Shown: positions 38,131 to 50,300 of the stretch, one piece after another
How positions within the stretch are numbered: the first letter of the stretch is position 1
How the letters are laid out: each line of letters begins with the position of its first letter
NCBI GenBank assembly: GCA_964016885.1
Contig: OZ024744.1
Span: 4,898,001 to 4,962,000, forward strand
Direction: 5' to 3'
DNA: 64,000 nt
Source: Eledone cirrhosa
Taxonomy: Eukaryota
Made by a program: the position numbers and the translations under genes
The notes under the pieces: generated by a model
The model's database searches: none
The model's input: only the letters and a program-made list of their open reading frames with translations
Told to the model about the DNA's origin: nothing

Positions 38131-41100
38131 TAGCAGAGGTCTATCTTGGTAGATAGTGAGGTTGGTAGTAGAGGTCTATGTTGGTAGACATTGGTGTTGG
38201 TAACAGAGTTCTATCTTGGTAGACAGTGGTGTTGGTAGCAGAGGTCTATGTTGGTAGACAGTGGTGTTGGTAATAGAGGTCTATCTTGGTAGACAGTGGT
38301 GTTGGTAGCAGATGTCTATCTTGGTAGACAGTGGTGTTGGTAGCAGAGGTCTAGCTTGGTAGACAGTGGTGTTGGTAGCAGAGGTCGATCTTGGTAGACA
38401 GTGGTGTTGGTAGCAGAGGTCTATCTTGGTAGACAGTGGTGTTGGTAGCAGATGTCTATCTTGGTAGACAGTGGTGTTGGTAGCAGAGATATATCTTGAT
38501 AGACAGTGGTGTTGGTAGCAGAGGTCGATCTTGGTAGACAGTGGTGTTGGTAGCAGAGGTCGATCTTGGTAGACAGTGATGTTGGTAGCAGAGGTCTATC
38601 TTGGTAGACAGTGGTGTTGGTAGCAGAGGTCTATGTTGGTAGACAGTGGTGTTGGTAGCAGAGGTATATCTTGGTAGGCAGTGGTGTTGGTAGCAGAGCT
38701 CTATCTTGGTAGACAGTGGTGTTGGTAGCAGAGGTCTATCTTGGTAGACAGTGGTGTTGGTAGCAGAGGTCTTTCTTGGTAGACAGTGGTGTTGGTAGCA
38801 GAGGTCTATGTTGGTAGAAAGTGAGGTTGGTAGCAGAGGTCTATCTTGGTAGAAAGTGGTGTTGGTAGGAGAGGTCTATCTTGGTAGACAGTGGTGTTGG
38901 TAGCAGAGGTCTATCTTGGTAGACAGTGGTGTTGGTAGCAGAGGTCTATATTGGTAGACAGTGGTGTTGGTAGCAGATGTCTATCTTGGTAGACAGTGGT
39001 GTTGGTAGCAGAGGTCTATCTTGGTAGACAGTGGTGGTGGTAGCAGAGGTCTATCTTGGTAGACAGTGGTGTTGGTAGCAGATGTCTATCTTAGTAGACA
39101 GTGGTGTTGGTAGCAGAGGTCTATCTTGGTAGACAGTAGTGTTGGTAGCAGAGGTCTATCTTGGTAGACAGTGGTGTTGGTAGCTGAGGTCTAACTTGGT
39201 AGACAGTGGTGTTGGTAGCAGAGGTCTATCTTAGTAGACAGTGGTGTTGGTAGCAGAGGTCTACCTTGGTAGACAGTGGTGTCGGTAGCAGAGCTCTATC
39301 CTGGTAGACAGTGGTGTTGGTAGCAGAGGTCTATCTTGGTAGACAGTGAGGTTGGTAGCAGAGGTCTATGTTGGTAGACAGTGGCGTCGGTAGCAGAGCT
39401 CTATCTTGGTAGACAGTGGTGTTGGTAGCAGAAGTCTATCTTGGTAGACAGTGAGGTTGGGAGCAGAGGTCTATGTTGGTAGACAGTGGTGTTGGTAGCA
39501 GAGGTCTATCTTGGTAGACAGTGGTGTTGGTAGGAGAGGTTTATCTTGGTAGACAGTGGTGTTGGTAGCAGAGGTCTATGTTGGTAGACAGTGGTGTTAG
39601 TAGCAGAGGTATATCTTGGTAGGCAGTGGTGTTGGTAGCAGAGCTCTATCTTGGTAGACAGTGGTGTTGGTAGCATAGGTCTATCTTGGTAGACAGTGGT
39701 GTTGGTAGCAGAGGTCTTTCTTGGTAGACAGTGGTGTTGGTAGCAGAGGTCTATGTTAGTAGAAAGTGAGGTTGGTAGCAGAGGTCTATCTTGGTAGACA
39801 GTGAGGGTGGTAGCAGAGGTCTATCTTGGTAGACAGAGGTGTTGGTAGCAGAGGTCTATCTTGGTAGACAGTGAGGTTGGTATCAGAGGTCTATCTTGGT
39901 AGACAGTGAGGTTGGTAGCAGAGGTCTATGTTGGTAGACAGTGGTGTTGGTAGCATAGGTCTATCTTGGTAGACAGTGGTGTTGGTAGCAGAGGTCTATG
40001 TTGGTAGACAGTGGTGTTGGTAGTAGAGGTCTATCTTGGTAGACAGTGGTGTTGGTAGCAGATGTCTATCTTGGTAGACAGTGGTGTTGGTAGCAGAGGT
40101 CTATCTTGGTAGACAGTGGTGTTGGTAGCAAATATCTATCTTGGTAGACAGTGGTGTTGGTAGCAGAGGTCTATGTTGGTAGACAGTGGTGTTGGTAGCA
40201 GAGGTCTATCTTGGTAGACAGTGGTGTTGGTAGCAGAGGTCTATCTTGGTAGACAGTGGTGTTGGTAGCAGAGGTCTATCTTGGTAGACAGTGGTGTTGG
40301 TAGCAGAGGTCTATCTTGGTAGACAGTGGTGTTGGTAGCAGAGGTCTATGTTGGTAGACAGTGAGGTTGGTAGCAGAGGTCTATGTTGGTAGACAGTGGT
40401 GTTGGTAGCAGAGGTCTATCTTGGTAGACAGTGGTGTTGGTAGAAGAGGTCTATGTTGGTAGACAGTGAGGTTGGTAGCAGAGGTCTATCTTGGTAGACA
40501 GTGAGGTTGGTAGCAGAGGTCCATCTTGGTAGACAGTGGTGTTGGTAGCAGAGGTCTATCTTGGTAGACAGTGGTGTTGGTAGCCGAGGTCTATCTTGGT
40601 AGACAATCAGGGTGGTAGCAGAGGTCTATGTTGGTAGACAGTGGTGTTGGTAGCAGAGGTCTATGTTGGTAGACAGTGGTGTTGGTAGCAGACATCTATC
40701 TTGGTAGGCAGTGGTGTTGGTAGCAGAGGTCTATCTTGGTAGACAGTGGTGTTGGTAGCAGAGGTCTATCTTGGTAGACAGTGGTGGTGGTAGCAAGGTC
40801 TATCTTGGTAGACAGTGGTGTTGGTAGCAGAGGTCTATCTTGGTAGACAGTGTTGTTGGAAGCAGAGGTCTATCTTGGTAGACAGTGGTGTTGGTAGCAG
40901 ACATCTATCTTGGTAGACAGTGGTGTTGGTAACAGATGTCTATCTTGGTAGACAGTGGTGTTGGTAGCAAAGGTATATCTTGGTAGACAGTGGTGTTGGT
41001 AGCAGAGGTCTATCTTGGTAGACAGTGAGGTTGGTAGCAGAGGTCTAGCTTGGTAGACAGTGGTGTTGGTAGCAGAGGTCTATCTTGGTAGACAGTGGTG

Positions 41101-44100
41101 TTGGTAGCAGAGGTCTATCTTGGTTGACAGTGGTATTGGTAGCAGAGGTCTATCTTAGTAGACAGTGGTGTTGGTAACAGAGGTCTATCTGGGTAGACAG
41201 TGGTGTTGGTAGCAGAGGTATATCTTGGTAGACAGTGGTGTTGGTAGCAGAATCTATCTTGGTAGACAGTGGTGTTGGTCGCAGAGGTCTATCTTGGTAG
41301 ACAGTGAGGTTGGTAGCAGAGGTCTATCTTGGTAGACAGTGGTGTTGGTAGCAGAGGTCTATCTTGGTAGACAGTGATGTTGGTAGAAGAGGTCTATGTT
41401 GGTAGAAAGTGAGGTTGGTAGCAGAGGTCTATCTTGGTAGACAGTGGTGTTGGTAGCAGAGGTTTATATTGGTAGACAGTGGTGTTGGTAGCAGAGGTCT
41501 ATCTTGGTAGACATTGAGGTTGGTAGCAGAGGTCTATCTTGGTAGAGAGTGGTGTTGGTAGCAGAGGTCTATGTTGGTAGACAGTGGTGTTGGTAGCAGA
41601 GGTCTATCTTGGTAGACAGTGGTGTTGGTAGCAGAGGTCTATATTGGTAGACAGTGGTGTTGGTAGCAGAGGTCTATCTTGGTAGACAGTGAGGTTGGTA
41701 GCAGAGGTCTATCTTGGTAGACAGTGAGGTTGGTAGCAGAGGTCTATCTTGGTAGACAGTGGTGTTGGTAGCAGAGGTCTATGTTGGTAGACAGTGAGGT
41801 TGGTAGCAGAGGTCTATCTTGGTAGACAGTGAAGTTGGTAGCAGAGGTCTATCTTGGTAGACAGTGAGGGTGGTAGCAGAGGTCTATCTTGGTAGACAGT
41901 GGTGTTCGTAGCAGAGGTCTATCTTGGTAGACAGTGGTGTTGGTAGCAGAGGTCTATCTTGGTAGACAGTGAGGTTGGTAGCAGAGGTCTATCTTGGTAG
42001 ACAGTGGTGTTGGTAGCAGAGGTCTATCTTGGTAGACAGTGGGGTGGGTAGCAGAGGTCTATCTTGGTAGACAGTGGTGTTGGTAGCAGAGGTCTATCTT
42101 GGTAGACAGTGGTGTTGGTAGCAGAGGTCTATGTTGGTAGACAGTGGTGTTGGTAGCAGAGGTTAATCTTGGTAGACAGTGGTGTTGGTAGCAGAGGTCT
42201 ATCTTGGTAGACAGTGGTGTTGGTAGCAGAGATCTATCTTGGTAGACAGTAGTGTTGGTAGCAGAGGTCTATGTTGGTAGACAGTGGTGTTTGTAGCAGA
42301 GGTCTATGTTGGTAGACAGTGGTGTTGGAAGCAGAGGTCTATCTTAGTAGACAGTGGTGTTGGTACATAGGTCTATGTTGGTAGACAGTGAGGTTGGTAG
42401 CAGAGGTCTATATTGGTAGACAGTGAGGTTGGTAGCAGAGGTCTATCTTGGTAGACAGTGAGGTTGGTAGCAGAGCTCTATCTTGGTAGAAAGTGGTGTT
42501 GGTAGCAGAGGTCTATGTTGGTAGACAGTGGTGTTGGTAGCAGAGGTTTATCTTGGTAGACAGTGGTGTTGGTAGCAGAGGTCTATGTTGGTAGACAGTG
42601 GTGTTGGTAGCAGAGGTATATCTTGGTAGGCAGTGGTGTTGGTAGCAGAGCTCTATCTTGGTAGACAGTGGTGTTGGTAGCAGAGGTCTTTCTTGGTAGA
42701 CAGTGGTGTTGCTAGCAGAGGTCTATGTTGGTAGAAAGTGAGGTTGGTAGCTGAGGTCTATGTTGGTAGACAGTGGTGTTGGTAGCAGAAGTCTATCTTG
42801 GTAGACAGTGAGGTTGGTAGCAGAGGTCTATCTTGGTAGACAGTGGTGTTGGTAGCAGAGGTCTATCTTGGTAGACAGTGGTGTTGGTAGCAGAGGTCTA
42901 TCTTGGTAGACAGTGGTGTTGGTAGCAGAGGTCTATCTTGGTAGACAGTGGTGTTGGTAGCAGAGGTCTATCTTGGTAGACAGTGGTGTTGCTAGCAGAG
43001 GTTTATGTTGGTAGACAGTGGTGTTGGTAGTAGAGGTCTACCTTGGTAGACAGTGGTGCTGGTAGCAGATGTCTATCTTGGTAGACAGTGGTGTTGGTAG
43101 CAGAGGTCTATCTTGGTAGACAGTGGTGTTGGTAGCAGATATCTATCTTGGTAGACAGTGGTGTTGGTAGCAGAGGTCTATCTTGGTAGACAGTGTTGTT
43201 GGTAGCAGAGGTCTATCTTGGTAGACAGTGGTGTTGGTAGCAGACATCTATCTTGGTAGACAGTGGTGTTGGTAGCAGATGTCTATCTTGGTAGACAGTG
43301 GTGTTGGTAGCAGAGGTCTATCTTGGTAGGCAGTGGTGTTGGTAGCAGAGGTCTATCTTGGTAGACAGTGGTGTTGGTAGCAGAGGTCTATGTTGGTAGA
43401 CAGTGGTGTTGGTAACAGAGGTATATCTTGGTAGACAGTGGTGTTGGAAGCAGAGGTCTATCTTGGTAGACAGTGGTGTTGGTAGCAGAGGTCTATCTTG
43501 GTAGACAGTGGTCTTGGTAGCAGAGGTCTATATTGGTAGACAGTGGTGTTGGTAGCAGATGTCTATCTTGGTAGACAGTGGTGTTGGTAGCAAAGGTCTA
43601 TCCTGGTAGACAGTGGTGTTGGTAGCAGAGGTCTATCTTGGTAGACAGTAGTGTTGGTAGCAGAGGTCTATCTTGGTAGACAGTGGTGTTGGTAGCTGAG
43701 GTCTAACTTGGTAGACAGTGGTGTTGGTAGCAGAGGTCTATCTTAGTAGACAGTGGTTTGGTAGCAGAGGTCTACCTTGGTAGACAGTGGTGTCGGTAGC
43801 AGAGCTCAATCCTGGTAGACAGTGGTGTTGGTAGCAGAGGTCTATCTTGGTAGACAGTGAGGTTGGTAGCAGAGGTCTATGTTGGTAGACAGTGGTGTCG
43901 GTAGCAGAGCTGTATCTTGGTAGACAGTGGTGTTGGTAGCAGAAGTCTATCTTGGTAGACAGTGAGGTTGGGAGCAGAGGTCTATGTTGGTAGACAGTGG
44001 TGTTGGTAGCAGAGGTCTATCTTGGTAGACAGTGGTGTTGGTAGGAGAGGTTTATCTTGGTAGACAGTGGTGTTGGTAGCAGAGGTCTATGTTGGTAGAC

Positions 44101-47100
44101 AGTGGTGTTGGTAGCAGAGGTATATCTTGGTAGGCAGTGGTGTTGGTAGCAGAGCTCTATCTTGGTAGACAGTGGTGTTGGTTGCAGAGGTCTATCTTGG
44201 TAGACAGTGGTGTTGGTAGCAGAGGTCTTTCTTGGTAGACAGTGGTGTTGGTAGCAGAGGTCTATGTTGGTAGAAAGTGAGGTTGGTAGCAGAGGTCTAT
44301 CTTGGTAGACAGTGAGGGTGGTAGCAGAGGTCTATCTTGGTAGACAGAGGTGTTGGTAGCAGAGGTCTATCTTGGTAGACAGTGAGGTTGGTATCAGAGG
44401 TCTATCTTGGTAGACAGTGAGGTTGGTAGCAGAGGTCTATGTTGGTAGACAGTGGTGTTGGTAGCATAGGTCTATCTTGGTAGACAGTGGTGTTGGTAGC
44501 AGAGGTCTATGTTGGTAGACAGTGGTGTTGGTAGTAGAGGTCTATCTTGGTAGACAGTGGTGTTGCTAGCAGATGTCTATCTTGGTAGACAGTGGTGTTG
44601 GTATCAGAGGTCTATCTTGGTAGACAGTGGTGTTGGTAGCAAATATCTATCTTGGTAGACAGTGGTGTTGGTAGCAGAGGTCTATGTTGGTAGACAGTGG
44701 TGTTGGTAGCAGATGTCTATCTTGGTAGACAGTGGTGTTGGTAGCAGAGGTCTATCTTGGTAGACAGTGGTGTTGGTAGCAGAGGTCTATCTTGGTAGAC
44801 AGTGGTGTTGGTAGCAGAGGTCTATCTTGGTAGACAGTGGTGTTGGTAGCAGAGGTCTATCTTGGTAGACAGTGAGGTTGGTAGCAGAGGTCTATGCTGG
44901 TAGACAGCGGTGTTGGTAGCAGAGGTCTATTTTGGTAGACAGTGGTGTTGGTAGAAGAGGTCTATGTTGGTAGACAGTGAGGTTGGTAGCAGAGGTCTAT
45001 CTTGGTAGACAGTGAGGTTGGCAGCAGAGGTCTATCTTGGTAGACAGTGGTGTTGGTAGCAGAGGTCTATCTTGGTAGACAGTGGTGTTGGTAGCCGAGG
45101 TCTATCTTGGTAGACAATCAGGGTGGTAGCAGAGGTCTATGTTGGTAGACAGTGGTGTTGGTAGCAGAGGTCTATGTTGGTAGACAGTGGTGTTGGTAGC
45201 AGAGGCCTATCTTGGTAGACAGTGGTTTTGGTAGCAGAGGTCTATATTGGTAGACAGTGGTGTTGGTAGTAGAGGTCTATCTTGGTAGACAGTGGTGTTG
45301 GTAGCAGATGTCTATCTTGGTAGACAGTGGTGTTGGTAGCAGAGGTCTATCTTGGTAGACAGTGGTGTTGGTAGCAATGGTCTATCTTGGTAGACAGTGG
45401 TGTTGGTAGCAGAGGTCTATCTTGGTAGACAGTGGTGTTGGTAGCAGAGGTCTATCTTGGTAGACAGTGGTGTTGGTAGCAGAGGTCTATGTTGGTAGAC
45501 AGTGAGGTTGGTAGCAGAGGTCTATGTTGGTAGACAGTGGTGTTGGTAGCAGAGGTCTATCTTGGTAGACAGTGGTGTTGGTAGAAGAGGTCTATGTTGG
45601 TAGACAGTGAGGTTGGTAGCAGAGGTATATCTTGGTAGACAGTGAGGTTGGTAGCAGAGGTCTATCTTGGTAGACAGTGGTGTTGGTAGCAGAGGTCTAT
45701 CTTGGTAGACAGTGGTGTTGGTAGCCGAGGTCTATCTTGGTAGACAATCAGGGTGGTAGCAGAGGTCTATGTTGGTAGACAGTGGTGTTGGTAGCAGAGG
45801 TCTATGTTGGTAGACAGTGGTGTTGGTAGCAGAGGTCTATCTTGGTAGACAGTGGTGTTGGTAGCAGAGGTCTATCTTGGTAGGCAGTGGTTTTGGTAGC
45901 AGAGGTCTATATTGGTAGACAGTGGTGTTGGTAGTAGAGGTATATCTTGGTAGACAGTGGTGTTGGTAGCAGATGTCTATCTTGGTAGACAGTGGTGTTG
46001 GTAGCAGAGGTCTATCTTGGTAGACAGTGGTGGTGGTAGCAAGGTCTATCTTGGTAGACAGTGGTGTTGGTAGCAGAGGTCTATCTTGGTAGACAGTGTT
46101 GTTGGAAGCAGAGGTCTATCTTGGTAGACAGTGGTGTTGGTAGCAGACATCTATCTTGGTAGACAGTGGTGTTGGTAACAGATGTCTATCTTGGTAGACA
46201 GTGGTGTTGGTAGCAGAGGTATATCTTGGTTGACAGTGGTATTGGTAGCAGAGGTCTATCTTAGTAGACAGTGGTGTTGGTAGCCGAGGTCTATCTTGGT
46301 AGACAGTGGTGTTGGTAGCAGACATCTATCTTGGTAGACAGTGGTGGTGGTAACAGAGGTCTATCTTGGTAGACAGTGGTGTTGGAAGCAGAGGTCTATC
46401 TTGGTAGACAGTGGTGTTGGTAGCAGAGGTCTATCTTGGTTGACAGTGGTATTGGTAGCAGAGGTCTATCTTAGTAGACAGTGGTGTTGGTAGCAGAGGT
46501 CTATCTTGGTAGACAGTGGTGTTGGTAGCAGAGGTATATCTTGGTAGACAGTGGTGTTGGTAGCAGAGGTCTATCTTGGTAGACAGTGGTATTGGTAGCA
46601 GAGGTCTATGTTGGTAGACAGTGGTGTTGGTAGCAGAGGTATATCTTGGTAGACAGTGGTGTTGGTAGCAGAATCTATCTTGGTAGACAGTGGTGTTGGT
46701 CGCAGAGGTCTATCTTGGTAGACAGTGAGGTTGGTAGCAGAGGTCTATTTTGGTAGACAGTGGTGTTGGTAGCAGAGGTCTATCTTGGTAGACAGTGATG
46801 TTGGTAGAAGAGGTCTATGTTGGTAGAAAGTGAGGTTGGTAGCAGAGGTCTATCTTGGTAGACAGTGGTGTTGGTAGCAGAGGTTTATATTGGTAGACAG
46901 TGGCGTTGGTAGCAGAGGTCTATCTTGGTAGACATTGAGGTTGGTAGCAGAGGTCTATCTTGGTAGACAGTGGTGTTGGTAGCAGAGGTCTATGTTGGTA
47001 GACAGTGGTTTTGGTAGCAGAGGTCTATCTTGGTAGACAGTGGTGTTGGTAGCAGAGGTCTATATTGGTAGACAGTGGTGTTGGAAGCAGAGGTCTATCT

Positions 47101-47339
47101 TGGTAGACAGTGAGGTTGGTAGCAGAGGTCTATCTTCGTAGACAGTGAGGTTGGTAGCAGAGGTCTATCTTGGTAGACAGTGGTGTTGGTAGCAGATGTC
47201 TATGTTGGTAGACAGTGAGGTTGGTAGCAGAGGTCTATCTTGGTAGACAGTGAAGTTGGTAGCAGAGGTCTATCTTGGTAGACAGTGAGGGTGGTAGCAG
47301 AGGTCTATCTTGGTAGACAGTGGTGTTCGTAGCAGAGGT
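37861..47339 (+). repeat. Copy 1 of a near-identical head-to-tail 9,479-bp duplication (271 monomers minus 6 nt)
   Basis: Markers: GGTCC 40518/49997, GGGGTGGG 42041/51520, GTTCGTAG 37881/47360. The two identical track ORFs (46116 and 55595) are also 9,479 apart. Confidence 0.93.
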
Positions 47340-50300
47340 CTATCTTGGTAGACAGTGGTGTTCGTAGCAGAGGTCTATGTTGGTAGACAGTGGTGTTGGT
47401 AGCAAAGGTCTATCTTGGTAGTCAGTGGTGTTGGTAGCAGAGGTCTATCTTGGTAGACAGTGGTGTTGGTAGCAGAGGTCTATCTTGGTAGACAGTGGTG
47501 TTGGTAGCAGAGGTCTATGTTGGTAGACAGTGAGGTTGCTAGCAGAGGTCTATCTTGGTAGACAGTGGTGTTGGTAGCAGAGGTCTATCTTGATAGACAG
47601 TGGTGTTGGTAGCAGAGGTCTATCTTGGTAGATAGTGAGGTTGGTAGTAGAGGTCTATGTTGGTAGACATTGGTGTTGGTAACAGAGTTCTATCTTGGTA
47701 GACAGTGGTGTTGGTAGCAGAGGTCTATGTTGGTAGACAGTGGTGTTGGTAATAGAGGTCTATCTTGGTAGACAGTGGTGTTGGTAGCAGATGTCTATCT
47801 TGGTAGACAGTGGTGTTGGTAGCAGAGGTCTAGCTTGGTAGACAGTGGTGTTGGTAGCAGAGGTCGATCTTGGTAGACAGTGGTGTTGGTAGCAGAGGTC
47901 TATCTTGGTAGACAGTGGTGTTGGTAGCAGATGTCTATCTTGGTAGACAGTGGTGTTGGTAGCAGAGATATATCTTGATAGACAGTGGTGTTGGTAGCAG
48001 AGGTCGATCTTGGTAGACAGTGGTGTTGGTAGCAGAGGTCGATCTTGGTAGACAGTGATGTTGGTAGCAGAGGTCTATCTTGGTAGACAGTGGTGTTGGT
48101 AGCAGAGGTCTATGTTGGTAGACAGTGGTGTTGGTAGCAGAGGTATATCTTGGTAGGCAGTGGTGTTGGTAGCAGAGCTCTATCTTGGTAGACAGTGGTG
48201 TTGGTAGCAGAGGTCTATCTTGGTAGACAGTGGTGTTGGTAGCAGAGGTCTTTCTTGGTAGACAGTGGTGTTGGTAGCAGAGGTCTATGTTGGTAGAAAG
48301 TGAGGTTGGTAGCAGAGGTCTATCTTGGTAGAAAGTGGTGTTGGTAGGAGAGGTCTATCTTGGTAGACAGTGGTGTTGGTAGCAGAGGTCTATCTTGGTA
48401 GACAGTGGTGTTGGTAGCAGAGGTCTATATTGGTAGACAGTGGTGTTGGTAGCAGATGTCTATCTTGGTAGACAGTGGTGTTGGTAGCAGAGGTCTATCT
48501 TGGTAGACAGTGGTGGTGGTAGCAGAGGTCTATCTTGGTAGACAGTGGTGTTGGTAGCAGATGTCTATCTTAGTAGACAGTGGTGTTGGTAGCAGAGGTC
48601 TATCTTGGTAGACAGTAGTGTTGGTAGCAGAGGTCTATCTTGGTAGACAGTGGTGTTGGTAGCTGAGGTCTAACTTGGTAGACAGTGGTGTTGGTAGCAG
48701 AGGTCTATCTTAGTAGACAGTGGTGTTGGTAGCAGAGGTCTACCTTGGTAGACAGTGGTGTCGGTAGCAGAGCTCTATCCTGGTAGACAGTGGTGTTGGT
48801 AGCAGAGGTCTATCTTGGTAGACAGTGAGGTTGGTAGCAGAGGTCTATGTTGGTAGACAGTGGCGTCGGTAGCAGAGCTCTATCTTGGTAGACAGTGGTG
48901 TTGGTAGCAGAAGTCTATCTTGGTAGACAGTGAGGTTGGGAGCAGAGGTCTATGTTGGTAGACAGTGGTGTTGGTAGCAGAGGTCTATCTTGGTAGACAG
49001 TGGTGTTGGTAGGAGAGGTTTATCTTGGTAGACAGTGGTGTTGGTAGCAGAGGTCTATGTTGGTAGACAGTGGTGTTAGTAGCAGAGGTATATCTTGGTA
49101 GGCAGTGGTGTTGGTAGCAGAGCTCTATCTTGGTAGACAGTGGTGTTGGTAGCATAGGTCTATCTTGGTAGACAGTGGTGTTGGTAGCAGAGGTCTTTCT
49201 TGGTAGACAGTGGTGTTGGTAGCAGAGGTCTATGTTAGTAGAAAGTGAGGTTGGTAGCAGAGGTCTATCTTGGTAGACAGTGAGGGTGGTAGCAGAGGTC
49301 TATCTTGGTAGACAGAGGTGTTGGTAGCAGAGGTCTATCTTGGTAGACAGTGAGGTTGGTATCAGAGGTCTATCTTGGTAGACAGTGAGGTTGGTAGCAG
49401 AGGTCTATGTTGGTAGACAGTGGTGTTGGTAGCATAGGTCTATCTTGGTAGACAGTGGTGTTGGTAGCAGAGGTCTATGTTGGTAGACAGTGGTGTTGGT
49501 AGTAGAGGTCTATCTTGGTAGACAGTGGTGTTGGTAGCAGATGTCTATCTTGGTAGACAGTGGTGTTGGTAGCAGAGGTCTATCTTGGTAGACAGTGGTG
49601 TTGGTAGCAAATATCTATCTTGGTAGACAGTGGTGTTGGTAGCAGAGGTCTATGTTGGTAGACAGTGGTGTTGGTAGCAGAGGTCTATCTTGGTAGACAG
49701 TGGTGTTGGTAGCAGAGGTCTATCTTGGTAGACAGTGGTGTTGGTAGCAGAGGTCTATCTTGGTAGACAGTGGTGTTGGTAGCAGAGGTCTATCTTGGTA
49801 GACAGTGGTGTTGGTAGCAGAGGTCTATGTTGGTAGACAGTGAGGTTGGTAGCAGAGGTCTATGTTGGTAGACAGTGGTGTTGGTAGCAGAGGTCTATCT
49901 TGGTAGACAGTGGTGTTGGTAGAAGAGGTCTATGTTGGTAGACAGTGAGGTTGGTAGCAGAGGTCTATCTTGGTAGACAGTGAGGTTGGTAGCAGAGGTC
50001 CATCTTGGTAGACAGTGGTGTTGGTAGCAGAGGTCTATCTTGGTAGACAGTGGTGTTGGTAGCCGAGGTCTATCTTGGTAGACAATCAGGGTGGTAGCAG
50101 AGGTCTATGTTGGTAGACAGTGGTGTTGGTAGCAGAGGTCTATGTTGGTAGACAGTGGTGTTGGTAGCAGACATCTATCTTGGTAGGCAGTGGTGTTGGT
50201 AGCAGAGGTCTATCTTGGTAGACAGTGGTGTTGGTAGCAGAGGTCTATCTTGGTAGACAGTGGTGGTGGTAGCAAGGTCTATCTTGGTAGACAGTGGTGT

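Noticed and set aside
46116-46325. 69-aa minus-strand ORF
   Set aside because: It is just the repeat read through its three frames. The GACATC variant supplies the ATG, and the GTATATC variant turns the periodic TAG into TAT. There is no independent coding evidence.
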